IMG/VR virus record: IMGVR_UViG_3300032167_000048
Direction: 5' to 3' (one strand)
From: a virus
Taxonomy: Duplodnaviria > Caudoviricetes
Length of the DNA stretch: 64,000 nucleotides
Both the position numbers and the translations under genes were made by a program. The notes beneath the pieces are model-generated. The model was not told the origin of the DNA and ran no database searches. It saw only the letters and a list, made by a program, of their open reading frames with translations. Below, in pieces: positions 28,601-37,472 of this stretch. Numbering within the stretch: position 1 is the first letter of the stretch; every line of letters starts with the position of its first letter.

Positions 28601-31600
28601 AGTCTACAGCACAGCCTATTACAATTGGTAGCGATGATTGTGATGTATATATTTATAGAATGAAAGCATATTCAAATTCATTAACAGATACAGATATTAA
28701 AAACAACTTTATTGCCGATGCAAGAAACGCTAGTGAAATGATTACTAGATATAATAGAAATAACATCTATAATGAAAATGGTAGTTTAGTATCTACTTCG
28801 GCAGTTGGTGATTTTAATGTTGATGCTTTAATGAAAGCTGCCCCAGATTTAAGATATATCTTTATTGAAGTTCCATATTTTACATGGGATAAAGATATAA
28901 AGATTGACGATTGTAAAGTTTATTTTAGATATCCTAATGGTACTAGACCACACGATAATTGGGATTGTACTGGCGTAAGACACAGAGGTCAGGGTACTTC
29001 AAGTAACTTGTATGGTTATTCAGGAAGAAATATCGACCTTTGTATGGACAGAGATGAATCTTTGTTTACGTGGACTGATACGGATGAAAATGGAAAACCT
29101 ATTACCGTTGAATCTTCTACTATTACTTTAACAGATACATCAGTTCCTACTGATTATTTAAACATCAAAGTAAATATTGCATCTTCTGAAAATGCAAATA
29201 ATGCTGGCATGGCTAAAAGATTTAATGAATATCAGCCTTTCTTACGTTATGCAAGAAAGAAAGATAGTAGGGTTAAGGACACTATGGAGTTCCACAACTG
29301 TGTTGTATTTATTAGAGAAACTAGTACAGATGTAAAACATACAGAGTTTAATGACAGCAATTGGCACTTCTATGCAATTGGTAACGTTGGCGACTCTAAG
29401 AAAACAGATGATACTCGTGTTAATAATAAAAAAGACCCAAAAGAACATGTAGTTGAAATTACAGACGCAGATAAACCATTATCGGCTTTTCCAACTGGAA
29501 AAGATGGTCATGCAGTATGTCCAATTAACGAATGGACAACTGGTAACACAGCTTATGATGTATTATATTCTAATGAATATGTATATGATGAAGAGGGAGA
29601 ATTTAAGTCATTTGGTGGAAAGACATATGAATTTAGATATGAAATGAAAAATATTACAGAAGAACAACGTCAGGTTAATATTGATACATGGAGAGATTTA
29701 TATAAATTTATTGTTACTTCTACTGATGAAGAATTCTATGCTCATTTAAAAGACTATTTTGTTGTGGATTCTGCATTGTACTTTTATCTGTTTACAGAAA
29801 GATATACTATGGTAGATAACCGTGCAAAGAACTCATTCTGGCATTATGGAAAAGTATATATTTCAAACGAAGAAGCTGCCGCTCTTGGAGAAACAGAAGC
29901 TAGTTATTACATTATTGACGATGAAGCGGCTTCAATCAATAATGGGTATCGTTATGACCTTACATTTGGTTATGACTTTGATACTTGCTTAGGTATTGAC
30001 AATACTGGTGATTATGTATTCTCATACGGAAAAGAAGATACAGATTATTATGTTGATGGAGACCCAACATCTGACTATGTATTCAGAGTTGCAGACAGTG
30101 TATTCTTCTGTAGACTTCGTGATTTATTCCCAGCAGAAATGCAGTCTATGTTCAAAAACAGAGAAGATAAGAATGCATGGAGTTCTGATTCTCTTATTTC
30201 ACAGTGGGATAATTCTCAAGCTCAATTTCCAGAAGAACTTTGGAGATTGGACTATGAAAGAAAATATTATAGAACTTACTTAGGATTATCTATCGATAAT
30301 AGCATAACAACTGCCGATGATAGAATGGCTAGAGGCATAGATAAAACATTCCTTATTGGTAAATTCTTTGGTCGTAAAAAATATGCAAGAAGAGCATTTG
30401 AAATTAATCAGGAAATGTATTTTGCTACAAAATACTTTGGAAATAAAGCTCTTGCTGATAGATTCTGGGTTAGAGGTAATGTGCCTATTGGCGGAAGTAT
30501 AAAACCAAATTACTCTCTTACATTAGTTCCTTATTCTGATATGTATGTATGTGTACAGTATACTAGTACTGGTACTCCAATTCATAAAAAAGCGAAAGCT
30601 GGAGAAACAGTATACTTTGAAAGTGACGCAGAAAGAATGGACTTTATTTATGTGTATGGCGCAAGCTTCATTCAGGAAGTAGGAGACTTATCAAGATGCT
30701 TCATTGGAGACAACAACTTTTCTAGTGCTATTCGTTTACAAAAACTTGTAATTGGTAGTACAGATGACGGTTATGAAAATACATTTATGAACGAGGTTCT
30801 TGTTGAAAACAATCCTCTTTTAGAGTACTTAGACCTTAGAAATGTTTCTGGTATTAACACTGTTGTCAATGTAAGTTCATGTAGTAATTTGAAAGAATTA
30901 TATGCAGAGGGCACTAATGCATCTGGTGTGATTTTTGCAAATGGTGGATTATTACACACTGCTCACCTTCCAAAGATTAATTCTTTAGTAATGAAGAATT
31001 TAAATTATATAACAGATGAAGGTTTTGTAGTTGATGGATATGATAATTTACAGACTTTAATTATTGAAAATACACCTAATATTAATACTTATAATGTTGT
31101 TGATAATTCCCCTATTCTTAATACAGTTAGATTAATTGGTTTGAATTGGGATTCAACATATCAGATTAAAGATGCTTCAATTTTCGACAGATTGATTACT
31201 ATGGGCGGTAGAGATTCATCTGGTATCCTTGACACAGATATGTCTGTATTAGCTGGTAACGCTCATGTTGCTGTGTTAAAACAGAAACAGCAGAGCGATT
31301 ATGACAAGGCTTGGTCTGATTTGGACATTACTTGTAACACTTTAATTTTACAGTTCCCAGTTACATTTGTTAATGAAGATGGAACTGTATTAGATGTTCA
31401 GTATATTGATGAGGGTGGATTTGCTGTAGACCCAATAACAAGAGATATAAATCCTATTGACGTTCCTACAAAAGAAAGCTCAATAAGTACAAATTATACT
31501 TTTGATAGTTGGGATACTGACTTTAAAAAGATGCCTATCTTTGAACCGTTAACAATCACTGCAACATATTCTGAATCTATCAGACAATATGGTATTCAGT

Positions 31601-33075
31601 ATAGAGCTATGGGTAAACCATTAAAAGGATACGAAACACCAGTTGTTGGTAACTATGGTGATAACATCCCTTATGTTGGTTCTACACCAACTTATACAGA
31701 CGAAGAACCTGCATATAAATATTATTTGTTTAATAGATGGAATAAGAGTGGAATCTTAAATGGTGATTTTAATGATGATGACGTTAAAATTGTAGATGCT
31801 ATATTTGATGATTTCAAATATACATCTAGTGCGTTTAATAACGTAGAACTTTCTGAATTAAAACCAGTTCAAATTTATGCGATGAATAAACTTGGAATTG
31901 CCGAAAGCATTATCACAGACGGAGACCCATATTCATTTGTTATCGGAAATGATGTTAACTATGATGATATTGAATCAAAATTATTGATATCAGAAAAGAC
32001 TTATTTTGACGGAACAAATTACATTGATACTGGAATTCGTTTATTTGAAGAAGATAAAGATTTTGTTCTCGCAATCGATTATGAATTCTTAGATGGTACT
32101 GCATCAGATTCAGTATTAGCTGAATGCTTCCAGACAAATGGAAGCAACGGATTTAAACTTTCATATAATAGTGGTGCAAAGTTTACTTGGGGAACAGCTA
32201 CTGATAGTAATAACGTTGGTGAAATTGGTAAGCGTGAAATTATAGTTATCAGACATAAGAAAGGCGATAACAATTTAACTATTTATAAGTCTAATCTTGA
32301 TAATAATAATGTTTTAACTAACGAATTGTCTAGAAACAAGATTACAACTGGTTCATGTTCTTTAATATTTGGAGCTTCCAACCCAGAAGATGGATATTAT
32401 GAAAACAACGCTGTTGGTAATATTCACTGGGCAAAAATTTGGTATGCTGATTTAGGAAATGACATTTGTAAAGATTTAGCTATGTGGACACATGAGTCTA
32501 TTACTTTGCAAGCTTGTGGATTTAGAAAGTATTTCTTATCAGATAATCCATCTAAGAGATGTTCATTTAGCTTATTGGCTTCACACTTATTAGGAAGAAC
32601 AAAATTATGGAATGCTTCCAATGTTAATGATGGCGGTTGGGCTACATCAGCATTAAATACATCTTTAAATGGTAGATTATATAATGCTATGCCAACACAG
32701 ATTAAGTTGTTAATGAAGCAAGTTATTGTTTATTCAAATGACGGTATCACAAATACATCTGTGACTCCTAACAAGTATTATACAGAAGTAACACCTTCTA
32801 ATTGTTATATTACTGTGCCATCTGTTATAGAAGTTGATTCTTCTCAAAATATTGAACCATATAATAGTGAAGGTACACCTATTTCATATATGAGCAGGGA
32901 TGAGTATAGAAAGCGTGCGTTTGATGGTGGAAATTATCATGCTTATTGGCTTCGCTCACCTAATGCAAATTATGCAAACTGGGTATGGCGTGTGGATGAG
33001 ACTGGTAAGGCGCAAGGAATTAGTCAGCCAAATGTTATTAATGGTTATGGCGTATTAATTCAAATATCATTTTAA
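25651..33075 (+). CDS. giant (~2470 aa) tail fibre/receptor-binding protein: BppU-like N-terminus, YTK repeats, LamG-like, CotH-kinase-like, LRR and DUF6273-like C-terminal domains
   Basis: AAGGAGG SD before TTG 25651; RGQGTSS, DNRAKN and YDFDTCLG motifs; LEYLDLRN/LKELYAEG LRRs; GGWATS.L and YWLRSP at the C-terminus. Confidence 0.7.
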   Translation: MSLSFKDSLKNNIEKTVAKPLKLAATMNIDEPSVENVGIMTLEETPSVAAYSGDGGNWQQHNKYVYYSVFNDNNVSTISDKKEIKLDGNQFNITQEENSQYIPFEMNRKYDGYDLTKADITIHYTTANGRHQPVRPVNVTYNNDKIRFGWLVDANATVDVGTLEFEIHADGIVTGSDNVPRAYTWKTKRNKELYVYESMCDCEGVINDIDNSWLQELVTDLAESIAEEVKKVEVGSLVTQAEDAADRAETAAKNAETTATTIVENALEDYSTTSEMQSYVNQQIADADIEGKLTAYAKTTEVKALVGNIGEAENLVDYIDTAVDSVDVSEQLKDYALSDDVNKSIENINKNLTDNYYTIADSDLKLVTTLEDGEYATKTDVANAIAAEDITAKLGNYYTKDETYNKSEIDEAIKNVEVDLTGYATETFVTDKTNPLESSVKTNKENISSLSETLGELQESVNAIDTSPRITYDVVYNDAEDPDVGENVFVFYEIENEGKEGEKKEAKKKFTITGGSGGGSGSSLKISYVTTSPVIATVNDKMLITYNFSGIDSSGDVITEGNYTWKIGSKIIASGIATNGDNTFDVTDFATTTSQKFVLTITDDAGSLVTKSWTVQKVDVRLESNFNDAYKYNGNVSFNYTPYGAIEKDIHFILDGEELGVVKTSTSGIPTSYMLPSQTHGSHLLEVYMTATINNTLVESNHIYKDIIWFDDNTSIPVIGCATTTIDAIQYNTINIKYAVHDPRTETPEVTWRIGENVLSVETLTEKDEYGYYTYSYKANSEGTFVFTITCGEAEPKVITMNVEKLSIDIEPVTAGLAFDFDPNPTDYSNSSANRLWSDKNTGVNMTVSDNFDWVNGGYQIDENGDKYFCVKAGTTATINYNLFGDDPKKDGKEFKVIFRTKNIRKRDTSFLTCMNANIGLDMKIEHATIYESGGSLKSNYCEDTIVEYEFNINKYTDMMIVMSYEDGTPSKPYEYTETSSFKQSTAQPITIGSDDCDVYIYRMKAYSNSLTDTDIKNNFIADARNASEMITRYNRNNIYNENGSLVSTSAVGDFNVDALMKAAPDLRYIFIEVPYFTWDKDIKIDDCKVYFRYPNGTRPHDNWDCTGVRHRGQGTSSNLYGYSGRNIDLCMDRDESLFTWTDTDENGKPITVESSTITLTDTSVPTDYLNIKVNIASSENANNAGMAKRFNEYQPFLRYARKKDSRVKDTMEFHNCVVFIRETSTDVKHTEFNDSNWHFYAIGNVGDSKKTDDTRVNNKKDPKEHVVEITDADKPLSAFPTGKDGHAVCPINEWTTGNTAYDVLYSNEYVYDEEGEFKSFGGKTYEFRYEMKNITEEQRQVNIDTWRDLYKFIVTSTDEEFYAHLKDYFVVDSALYFYLFTERYTMVDNRAKNSFWHYGKVYISNEEAAALGETEASYYIIDDEAASINNGYRYDLTFGYDFDTCLGIDNTGDYVFSYGKEDTDYYVDGDPTSDYVFRVADSVFFCRLRDLFPAEMQSMFKNREDKNAWSSDSLISQWDNSQAQFPEELWRLDYERKYYRTYLGLSIDNSITTADDRMARGIDKTFLIGKFFGRKKYARRAFEINQEMYFATKYFGNKALADRFWVRGNVPIGGSIKPNYSLTLVPYSDMYVCVQYTSTGTPIHKKAKAGETVYFESDAERMDFIYVYGASFIQEVGDLSRCFIGDNNFSSAIRLQKLVIGSTDDGYENTFMNEVLVENNPLLEYLDLRNVSGINTVVNVSSCSNLKELYAEGTNASGVIFANGGLLHTAHLPKINSLVMKNLNYITDEGFVVDGYDNLQTLIIENTPNINTYNVVDNSPILNTVRLIGLNWDSTYQIKDASIFDRLITMGGRDSSGILDTDMSVLAGNAHVAVLKQKQQSDYDKAWSDLDITCNTLILQFPVTFVNEDGTVLDVQYIDEGGFAVDPITRDINPIDVPTKESSISTNYTFDSWDTDFKKMPIFEPLTITATYSESIRQYGIQYRAMGKPLKGYETPVVGNYGDNIPYVGSTPTYTDEEPAYKYYLFNRWNKSGILNGDFNDDDVKIVDAIFDDFKYTSSAFNNVELSELKPVQIYAMNKLGIAESIITDGDPYSFVIGNDVNYDDIESKLLISEKTYFDGTNYIDTGIRLFEEDKDFVLAIDYEFLDGTASDSVLAECFQTNGSNGFKLSYNSGAKFTWGTATDSNNVGEIGKREIIVIRHKKGDNNLTIYKSNLDNNNVLTNELSRNKITTGSCSLIFGASNPEDGYYENNAVGNIHWAKIWYADLGNDICKDLAMWTHESITLQACGFRKYFLSDNPSKRCSFSLLASHLLGRTKLWNASNVNDGGWATSALNTSLNGRLYNAMPTQIKLLMKQVIVYSNDGITNTSVTPNKYYTEVTPSNCYITVPSVIEVDSSQNIEPYNSEGTPISYMSRDEYRKRAFDGGNYHAYWLRSPNANYANWVWRVDETGKAQGISQPNVINGYGVLIQISF

Positions 33076-33080
33076 TATGT

Positions 33081-33110
33081 GAGGGTGTGGGTCTTCCCCA
33101 CCCTCTTTTT
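33081..33110 (+). terminator. hairpin + U tract after the giant fibre gene
   Basis: GAGGGTG(T)GG...CCACCCTC TTTTT. Confidence 0.6.
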
Positions 33111-33125
33111 GTGAGGTAAGAAAAT

Positions 33126-33446
33126 ATGTTTTACAAAGTTATTAAAGATAATAAAGTTATAGATGTGCTCGACCAATTAATTTACTTGAAATATCAACCT
33201 AAGCATAAAATCATGGTTTTAAGTGATGAGAATGAAGCACAAGCTATACTTTCTTCTGACGGAAATACCGTTTGGCATGAACGCACTTTATATAATATAC
33301 CTACTTCAGAAATGCATTTTGAAACAGTGGATTTGATTGAAATCGATGAACATGAATACAAAAAGTTAAAAACATTAAATCTGTCCACACCAGAAGAAAT
33401 AATCGATGAAGTGATTTTATATCTTATTAACAATGGTATTATTTAA
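33126..33446 (+). CDS. small fibre-associated protein (possible chaperone)
   Basis: ORF with GAGGT SD directly after the fibre gene. Confidence 0.5.
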   Translation: MFYKVIKDNKVIDVLDQLIYLKYQPKHKIMVLSDENEAQAILSSDGNTVWHERTLYNIPTSEMHFETVDLIEIDEHEYKKLKTLNLSTPEEIIDEVILYLINNGII

Positions 33447-33460
33447 AAGGTGGTGTAATC

Positions 33461-33598
33461 ATGGGAATTAGTATTTTTGCGGAAGCCGTTAGACGCTTAT
33501 ATATTAACGGAAAAATTGAAAAAGAAAAAATTATGGAATTTCGTGTAGATGGTAAATTAACTATCGAAGAAATGAATTATATTTTAGATGCCCATTAG
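33461..33598 (+). CDS. XkdX-like 45-aa protein (not in ORF track)
   Basis: MGISIFAEAVRRLYINGKIEKEKIMEFRVDGKLTIEEMNYILDAH; AGGTGG SD; RLY..G..GKLT.EE...I pattern. Confidence 0.65.
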   Translation: MGISIFAEAVRRLYINGKIEKEKIMEFRVDGKLTIEEMNYILDAH

Positions 33599-33657
33599 GG
33601 ACTCTAATACTCCATTAGAGTTTTATATATAAAAATTTTATAAAGGAGGAAAAGAAC

Positions 33658-34059
33658 ATGGCTATGAAAGCAAAACATGCATTTGGTAGCAGCGCTGGAT
33701 TAGAATCTGCTATTCAGTCTGGTAGATTAGATAGTTTTGACATCTTGTTTTTAGATGGCGATACTGATAATCCTAAAATTGGTTGGATTGATAAAAATGG
33801 CAATCCAGTAATTCTCAGAGAAGAAGATGAAGTTGTTATTGTTAATGGTGAATCTCTTCCTGAGGCTGGTGAGTCAGGAAAGATTTATGTTCATGGTTCA
33901 GACGCTTATGTTTGGAATGGCAATGAGTTCGTAAACCTGTGCAAACCTACGGATGTATCTGCACTGGAAGAAAAAATTGCTACTAAGGTTACAGCAGAAG
34001 AAGTTAAGACAATGATTAAGGAGTCTGAAGATTCTCTGGTTGAAATCGTAGAATTCTAA
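33658..34059 (+). CDS. fibre/adaptor structural protein
   Basis: SLPEAGESGKIYV..YVWNG motif; ends in IVEF. Confidence 0.55.
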   Translation: MAMKAKHAFGSSAGLESAIQSGRLDSFDILFLDGDTDNPKIGWIDKNGNPVILREEDEVVIVNGESLPEAGESGKIYVHGSDAYVWNGNEFVNLCKPTDVSALEEKIATKVTAEEVKTMIKESEDSLVEIVEF

Positions 34060-34082
34060 AGCAAAGGTGGTGAATATAAAAC

Positions 34083-34952
34083 ATGAATAATAATTTACAA
34101 ACATTGATTGACAATGCCATTGAGAATACTGTTATTAAATTAACAAGTGATATTGTAGTAGCAGAAACTGTAATAGTGTCAAAAAATATTACTATTGATT
34201 TAAATGGTTGTACAATTAAGAACACAGAAGACATTTGGAATACAAATGAAAAAAAATGGTCTTTAATTTCTGTTCGCAATAATGGTATTTTAACATTGTT
34301 AGACAGTAGCGATGCTGGTACTGGTACTTTGTTTGCTAAAGAAAATGATTGCTATGCCGTTGATGTTTGTGACGGTGGTATGTTAATTGTTGAAAGTGGT
34401 ACTTATATTGGTAACATTTCTTCTATTTATGTTCATACTGGTACTGCATATATTAATGGCGGTTATTACAAAGTTCAACAAGTTTCTAGTATGAATGGAT
34501 ATGGGGAAACTATTAACTGCTATGATGCTAACTTTAGAAATGGCACAGCGAAAGTAGTTATATCTGGTGGTTCTTTCTATAATTTTAATCCTACAGATGC
34601 TGCTGAACCTATTGATTGTAATAATAGTTATTTATCTAAAAACACTAAGATGGTTTATGATGAAGAATCAAAGTCTTATGTGATAACTAAACGCGAATTT
34701 AAGATTGTTGCAACTACTGGCGATAAGATTAAATCTCTGGGCATTAAAGATGGACAGCTTATATTCATTCAAGACGAAGGAAGAGTTGCTTTTGATTTTA
34801 ATGGTACTAGAGTTTTTTATGACAATAGTGGCGAATTAAAGGATATTTATTCTAAGATTGCTACTCTTGAAGAAGAAAAAGTTAATGCAACTACAGTACA
34901 GAATATGATTGAAGAATATTCTGAATCTGCAATGGCTATTGTTGAATTTTAG
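34083..34952 (+). CDS. structural protein with pectin-lyase-like beta-helix segment
   Basis: IKLTSDI..ITIDLNG..I.GG repeats; C-terminal KDGQLIF module; ends in IVEF. Confidence 0.55.
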   Translation: MNNNLQTLIDNAIENTVIKLTSDIVVAETVIVSKNITIDLNGCTIKNTEDIWNTNEKKWSLISVRNNGILTLLDSSDAGTGTLFAKENDCYAVDVCDGGMLIVESGTYIGNISSIYVHTGTAYINGGYYKVQQVSSMNGYGETINCYDANFRNGTAKVVISGGSFYNFNPTDAAEPIDCNNSYLSKNTKMVYDEESKSYVITKREFKIVATTGDKIKSLGIKDGQLIFIQDEGRVAFDFNGTRVFYDNSGELKDIYSKIATLEEEKVNATTVQNMIEEYSESAMAIVEF

Positions 34953-34977
34953 AGCCCTAATGATGGAGGTATAAATT

Positions 34978-35451
34978 ATGGCGGATACAAGTACAAAACA
35001 AGTATTGTCTGTAATCGCAACCACCTCCGAAAGAGTTAAAGATTTGGTAATTAAAAATGGGCAGCTTATTTTCTGTCAAGACAGTGGAAGAATTGCTCTT
35101 GACTTTAAAAATAAGAGAAAGTTTTACAACCAAATCGAGGAACTGGACACAGAATCAACTCGTAAAGAGCTTGAATCTCCAATTAACGGAGTTTACTATT
35201 TCGTTATTGAGTCTGCTGTTTTATGGACTTATCGTAATAATGAATGGATTCAGATTACAGCAAGACCACAAGAAGTAGTATTTATTGGTACAGAATTTCC
35301 AGAATTAGGAGTAGAACAGACAATATATACTAATATTGAAGACGGCAATGAGCATATTGCTGTTTGGATTGATGAATTAGGCGATTATAAAATAGTTGCC
35401 GACAGAACTTATTCTATGACATCAGAAGATGTTATAGCATTATTTAATTAA
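34978..35451 (+). CDS. fibre adaptor protein
   Basis: KNGQLIFCQDSGRIALDF paralogous to the C-terminus of 34083; ends TSEDVIALFN. Confidence 0.55.
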   Translation: MADTSTKQVLSVIATTSERVKDLVIKNGQLIFCQDSGRIALDFKNKRKFYNQIEELDTESTRKELESPINGVYYFVIESAVLWTYRNNEWIQITARPQEVVFIGTEFPELGVEQTIYTNIEDGNEHIAVWIDELGDYKIVADRTYSMTSEDVIALFN

Positions 35452-35489
35452 ATTAATATTATTTTTTTATTCAAAAGGAGAATACGAAC

Positions 35490-37121
35490 ATGGCTGAAAT
35501 TAAAAAATATTTAGACACTACTGCACTTGGTACTCTTGTTGACCAGATTAAAGCGGAAGACGCAAAAACTTTAGAAGCTGCAAAAGCTTATTGTGATGGA
35601 AAAGATTCTCAGTTCGAAGTAGCTGGTGCTGCTGCTACTGCTGAATCAAATGCAAAAGCTCATGCTGAAACAAAAGTTAATGAATTAGCTAATGGTGCTG
35701 TAAAAACAAATACTGAAGCAATCGCTGAAATTAAAGGTGATTATCTTAAAGCTGCTGACAAGGAAGCTCTTCAGGGAAATATTGATGGCGTAGACGCTAA
35801 AGCTGATGCAAACGCTGAAGCTATCGCAGCTATTAACAATGCTGAAACTGGTATCTTAAAACAGGCTAAAGATTATGCTGATGCTGAAGATGCTAAAGTT
35901 GAACAGATGGTTGCTGACCTTGAAGCATACGTTGGTGAAATTCCAGAAGGTGCTACAGCTACAGATATCGTAGGATATGTTCAGGAAAAGACAGCTGGAA
36001 TCGCTACAGACGCTGCTCTTGGTGAACTTCAGGCTGCTGTAGATGCTCTTTCTGCGGATGTTGATGTTATCGAAGCTGACTACCTTAAAGCTGCTGATAA
36101 GACAGAAGTAGTTGGTAAAATCGAAGCTGAACAGGCTAGAGCTGAAGGAATCGAAGCTGGATTAGCTTCTAGAATTAAAGCTGTTGAAGATGATTATCTT
36201 AAAGCTGAAGACAAAGAAGAACTTGTAGAAGCAATCGCTACAGCTAAAACAGAAGCTATTGCAACTGTTTTAGGTGAAGGTGTAGACGCAGACTTCGATA
36301 CACTTAAAGAAGTGGCTGATTGGATTCTTTCTGATACAACAGGAGCTGCTGCTCTTCAGACAGACGTTGCTACACTTAAAGAAGAAATGGATGCTGTAGA
36401 AGAAGCTGTAGAAAAAGCTCAGGGAGAAGTAGACGCTCTTGAGGGAGTTGTTGCTACAAAAGCTGACGCTCAGGCTCTTACAGATGCAGTTGCTGATTTA
36501 GAAGAAGCTGACGCTGGTCAGGTAGAAAGAATCGAAGCTCTTGAAGCTAAATTTGGTGGAGCTGAAGGTTCTGTGGAAGACCAGATTGCTGACGCTAAAC
36601 AGGAAGCAATCGAAACTGCTGCTGAAGATGCTACATCAAAAGCTGATGCTGCTAAAGAAGCTGCTATTGCAAAAGCTAATGAGCTTAATACAGCAATGAA
36701 CACTCGTGTAGAAGCTCTTGAAGCTATCGACCATGAACATGCTAACAAAGCAGAACTTGACCTTATCGTTTCTGGAGATAAAGCTAAGTGGGATGCTGCT
36801 GAAGCTAAAGCTCACGTTCATGCAAATGAAGCAGAACTTGCTAAGATTGCTGATGGCGATGTAGCTAAATGGAATGCTGCTGAACAGAATGCTAAAGATT
36901 ATGCTGATGGTCTTGATGAAGCAATGGCTGGTAAAGTTGATGGTGTTGATGCAAGAGTTAAAACACTTGAAGAAACAATCGTTGACAAAGCAGAACAGGA
37001 CGACCTTGATGCTGCTGTAGAAAGAATTGCTGCAAATGAAACTGCTATTGCTGCAAATAAATCAGCGATTGAAAGTTTTGTAGCTATCACATCTGATGAA
37101 GTAAACGCACTTTTTGCGTAA
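35490..37121 (+). CDS. highly expressed Ala/Glu-rich coiled-coil fibre protein
   Basis: DYLKAADK repeats, FDTLKE motif, strong GCT/GAA codon bias, followed by a terminator. Confidence 0.65.
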   Translation: MAEIKKYLDTTALGTLVDQIKAEDAKTLEAAKAYCDGKDSQFEVAGAAATAESNAKAHAETKVNELANGAVKTNTEAIAEIKGDYLKAADKEALQGNIDGVDAKADANAEAIAAINNAETGILKQAKDYADAEDAKVEQMVADLEAYVGEIPEGATATDIVGYVQEKTAGIATDAALGELQAAVDALSADVDVIEADYLKAADKTEVVGKIEAEQARAEGIEAGLASRIKAVEDDYLKAEDKEELVEAIATAKTEAIATVLGEGVDADFDTLKEVADWILSDTTGAAALQTDVATLKEEMDAVEEAVEKAQGEVDALEGVVATKADAQALTDAVADLEEADAGQVERIEALEAKFGGAEGSVEDQIADAKQEAIETAAEDATSKADAAKEAAIAKANELNTAMNTRVEALEAIDHEHANKAELDLIVSGDKAKWDAAEAKAHVHANEAELAKIADGDVAKWNAAEQNAKDYADGLDEAMAGKVDGVDARVKTLEETIVDKAEQDDLDAAVERIAANETAIAANKSAIESFVAITSDEVNALFA

Positions 37122-37158
37122 TTAGTATATCATAGTATAACTAATAAATTTATAAACA

Positions 37159-37191
37159 TGGGGATTCTTTAATTGGAATCCCCTATTTTTT
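37159..37191 (+). terminator. rho-independent terminator
   Basis: GGGGATTC...GAATCCCC followed by TATTTTTT. Confidence 0.65.
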
Positions 37192-37211
37192 AACGATGAG
37201 GTATATATTTT

Positions 37212-37415
37212 ATGAATACAAATATTACAGATTTAGATTCTGATTTGGATTTATTTGAGTTTTTAAAGAGTGCCCTCGGTTGTACGTATATATCTGATTT
37301 AAGAATTAAGCCTTATAATATTATGGCTAAATTTCTTTTAAGTAAAATAGATTTAAAAAAATATTCTAAAAAGCAAGTAGAAGATGCTTTTGATTATATA
37401 AATAAAATATACTAA
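37212..37415 (+). CDS. hypothetical 67-aa protein
   Basis: GAGG SD; LGC.YISDL motif. Confidence 0.55.
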   Translation: MNTNITDLDSDLDLFEFLKSALGCTYISDLRIKPYNIMAKFLLSKIDLKKYSKKQVEDAFDYINKIY

Positions 37416-37472
37416 TAATTAATAAATATGTGAATATTATAAATTCTCTTAAAGAAAGGAGAAAATTTAAAT

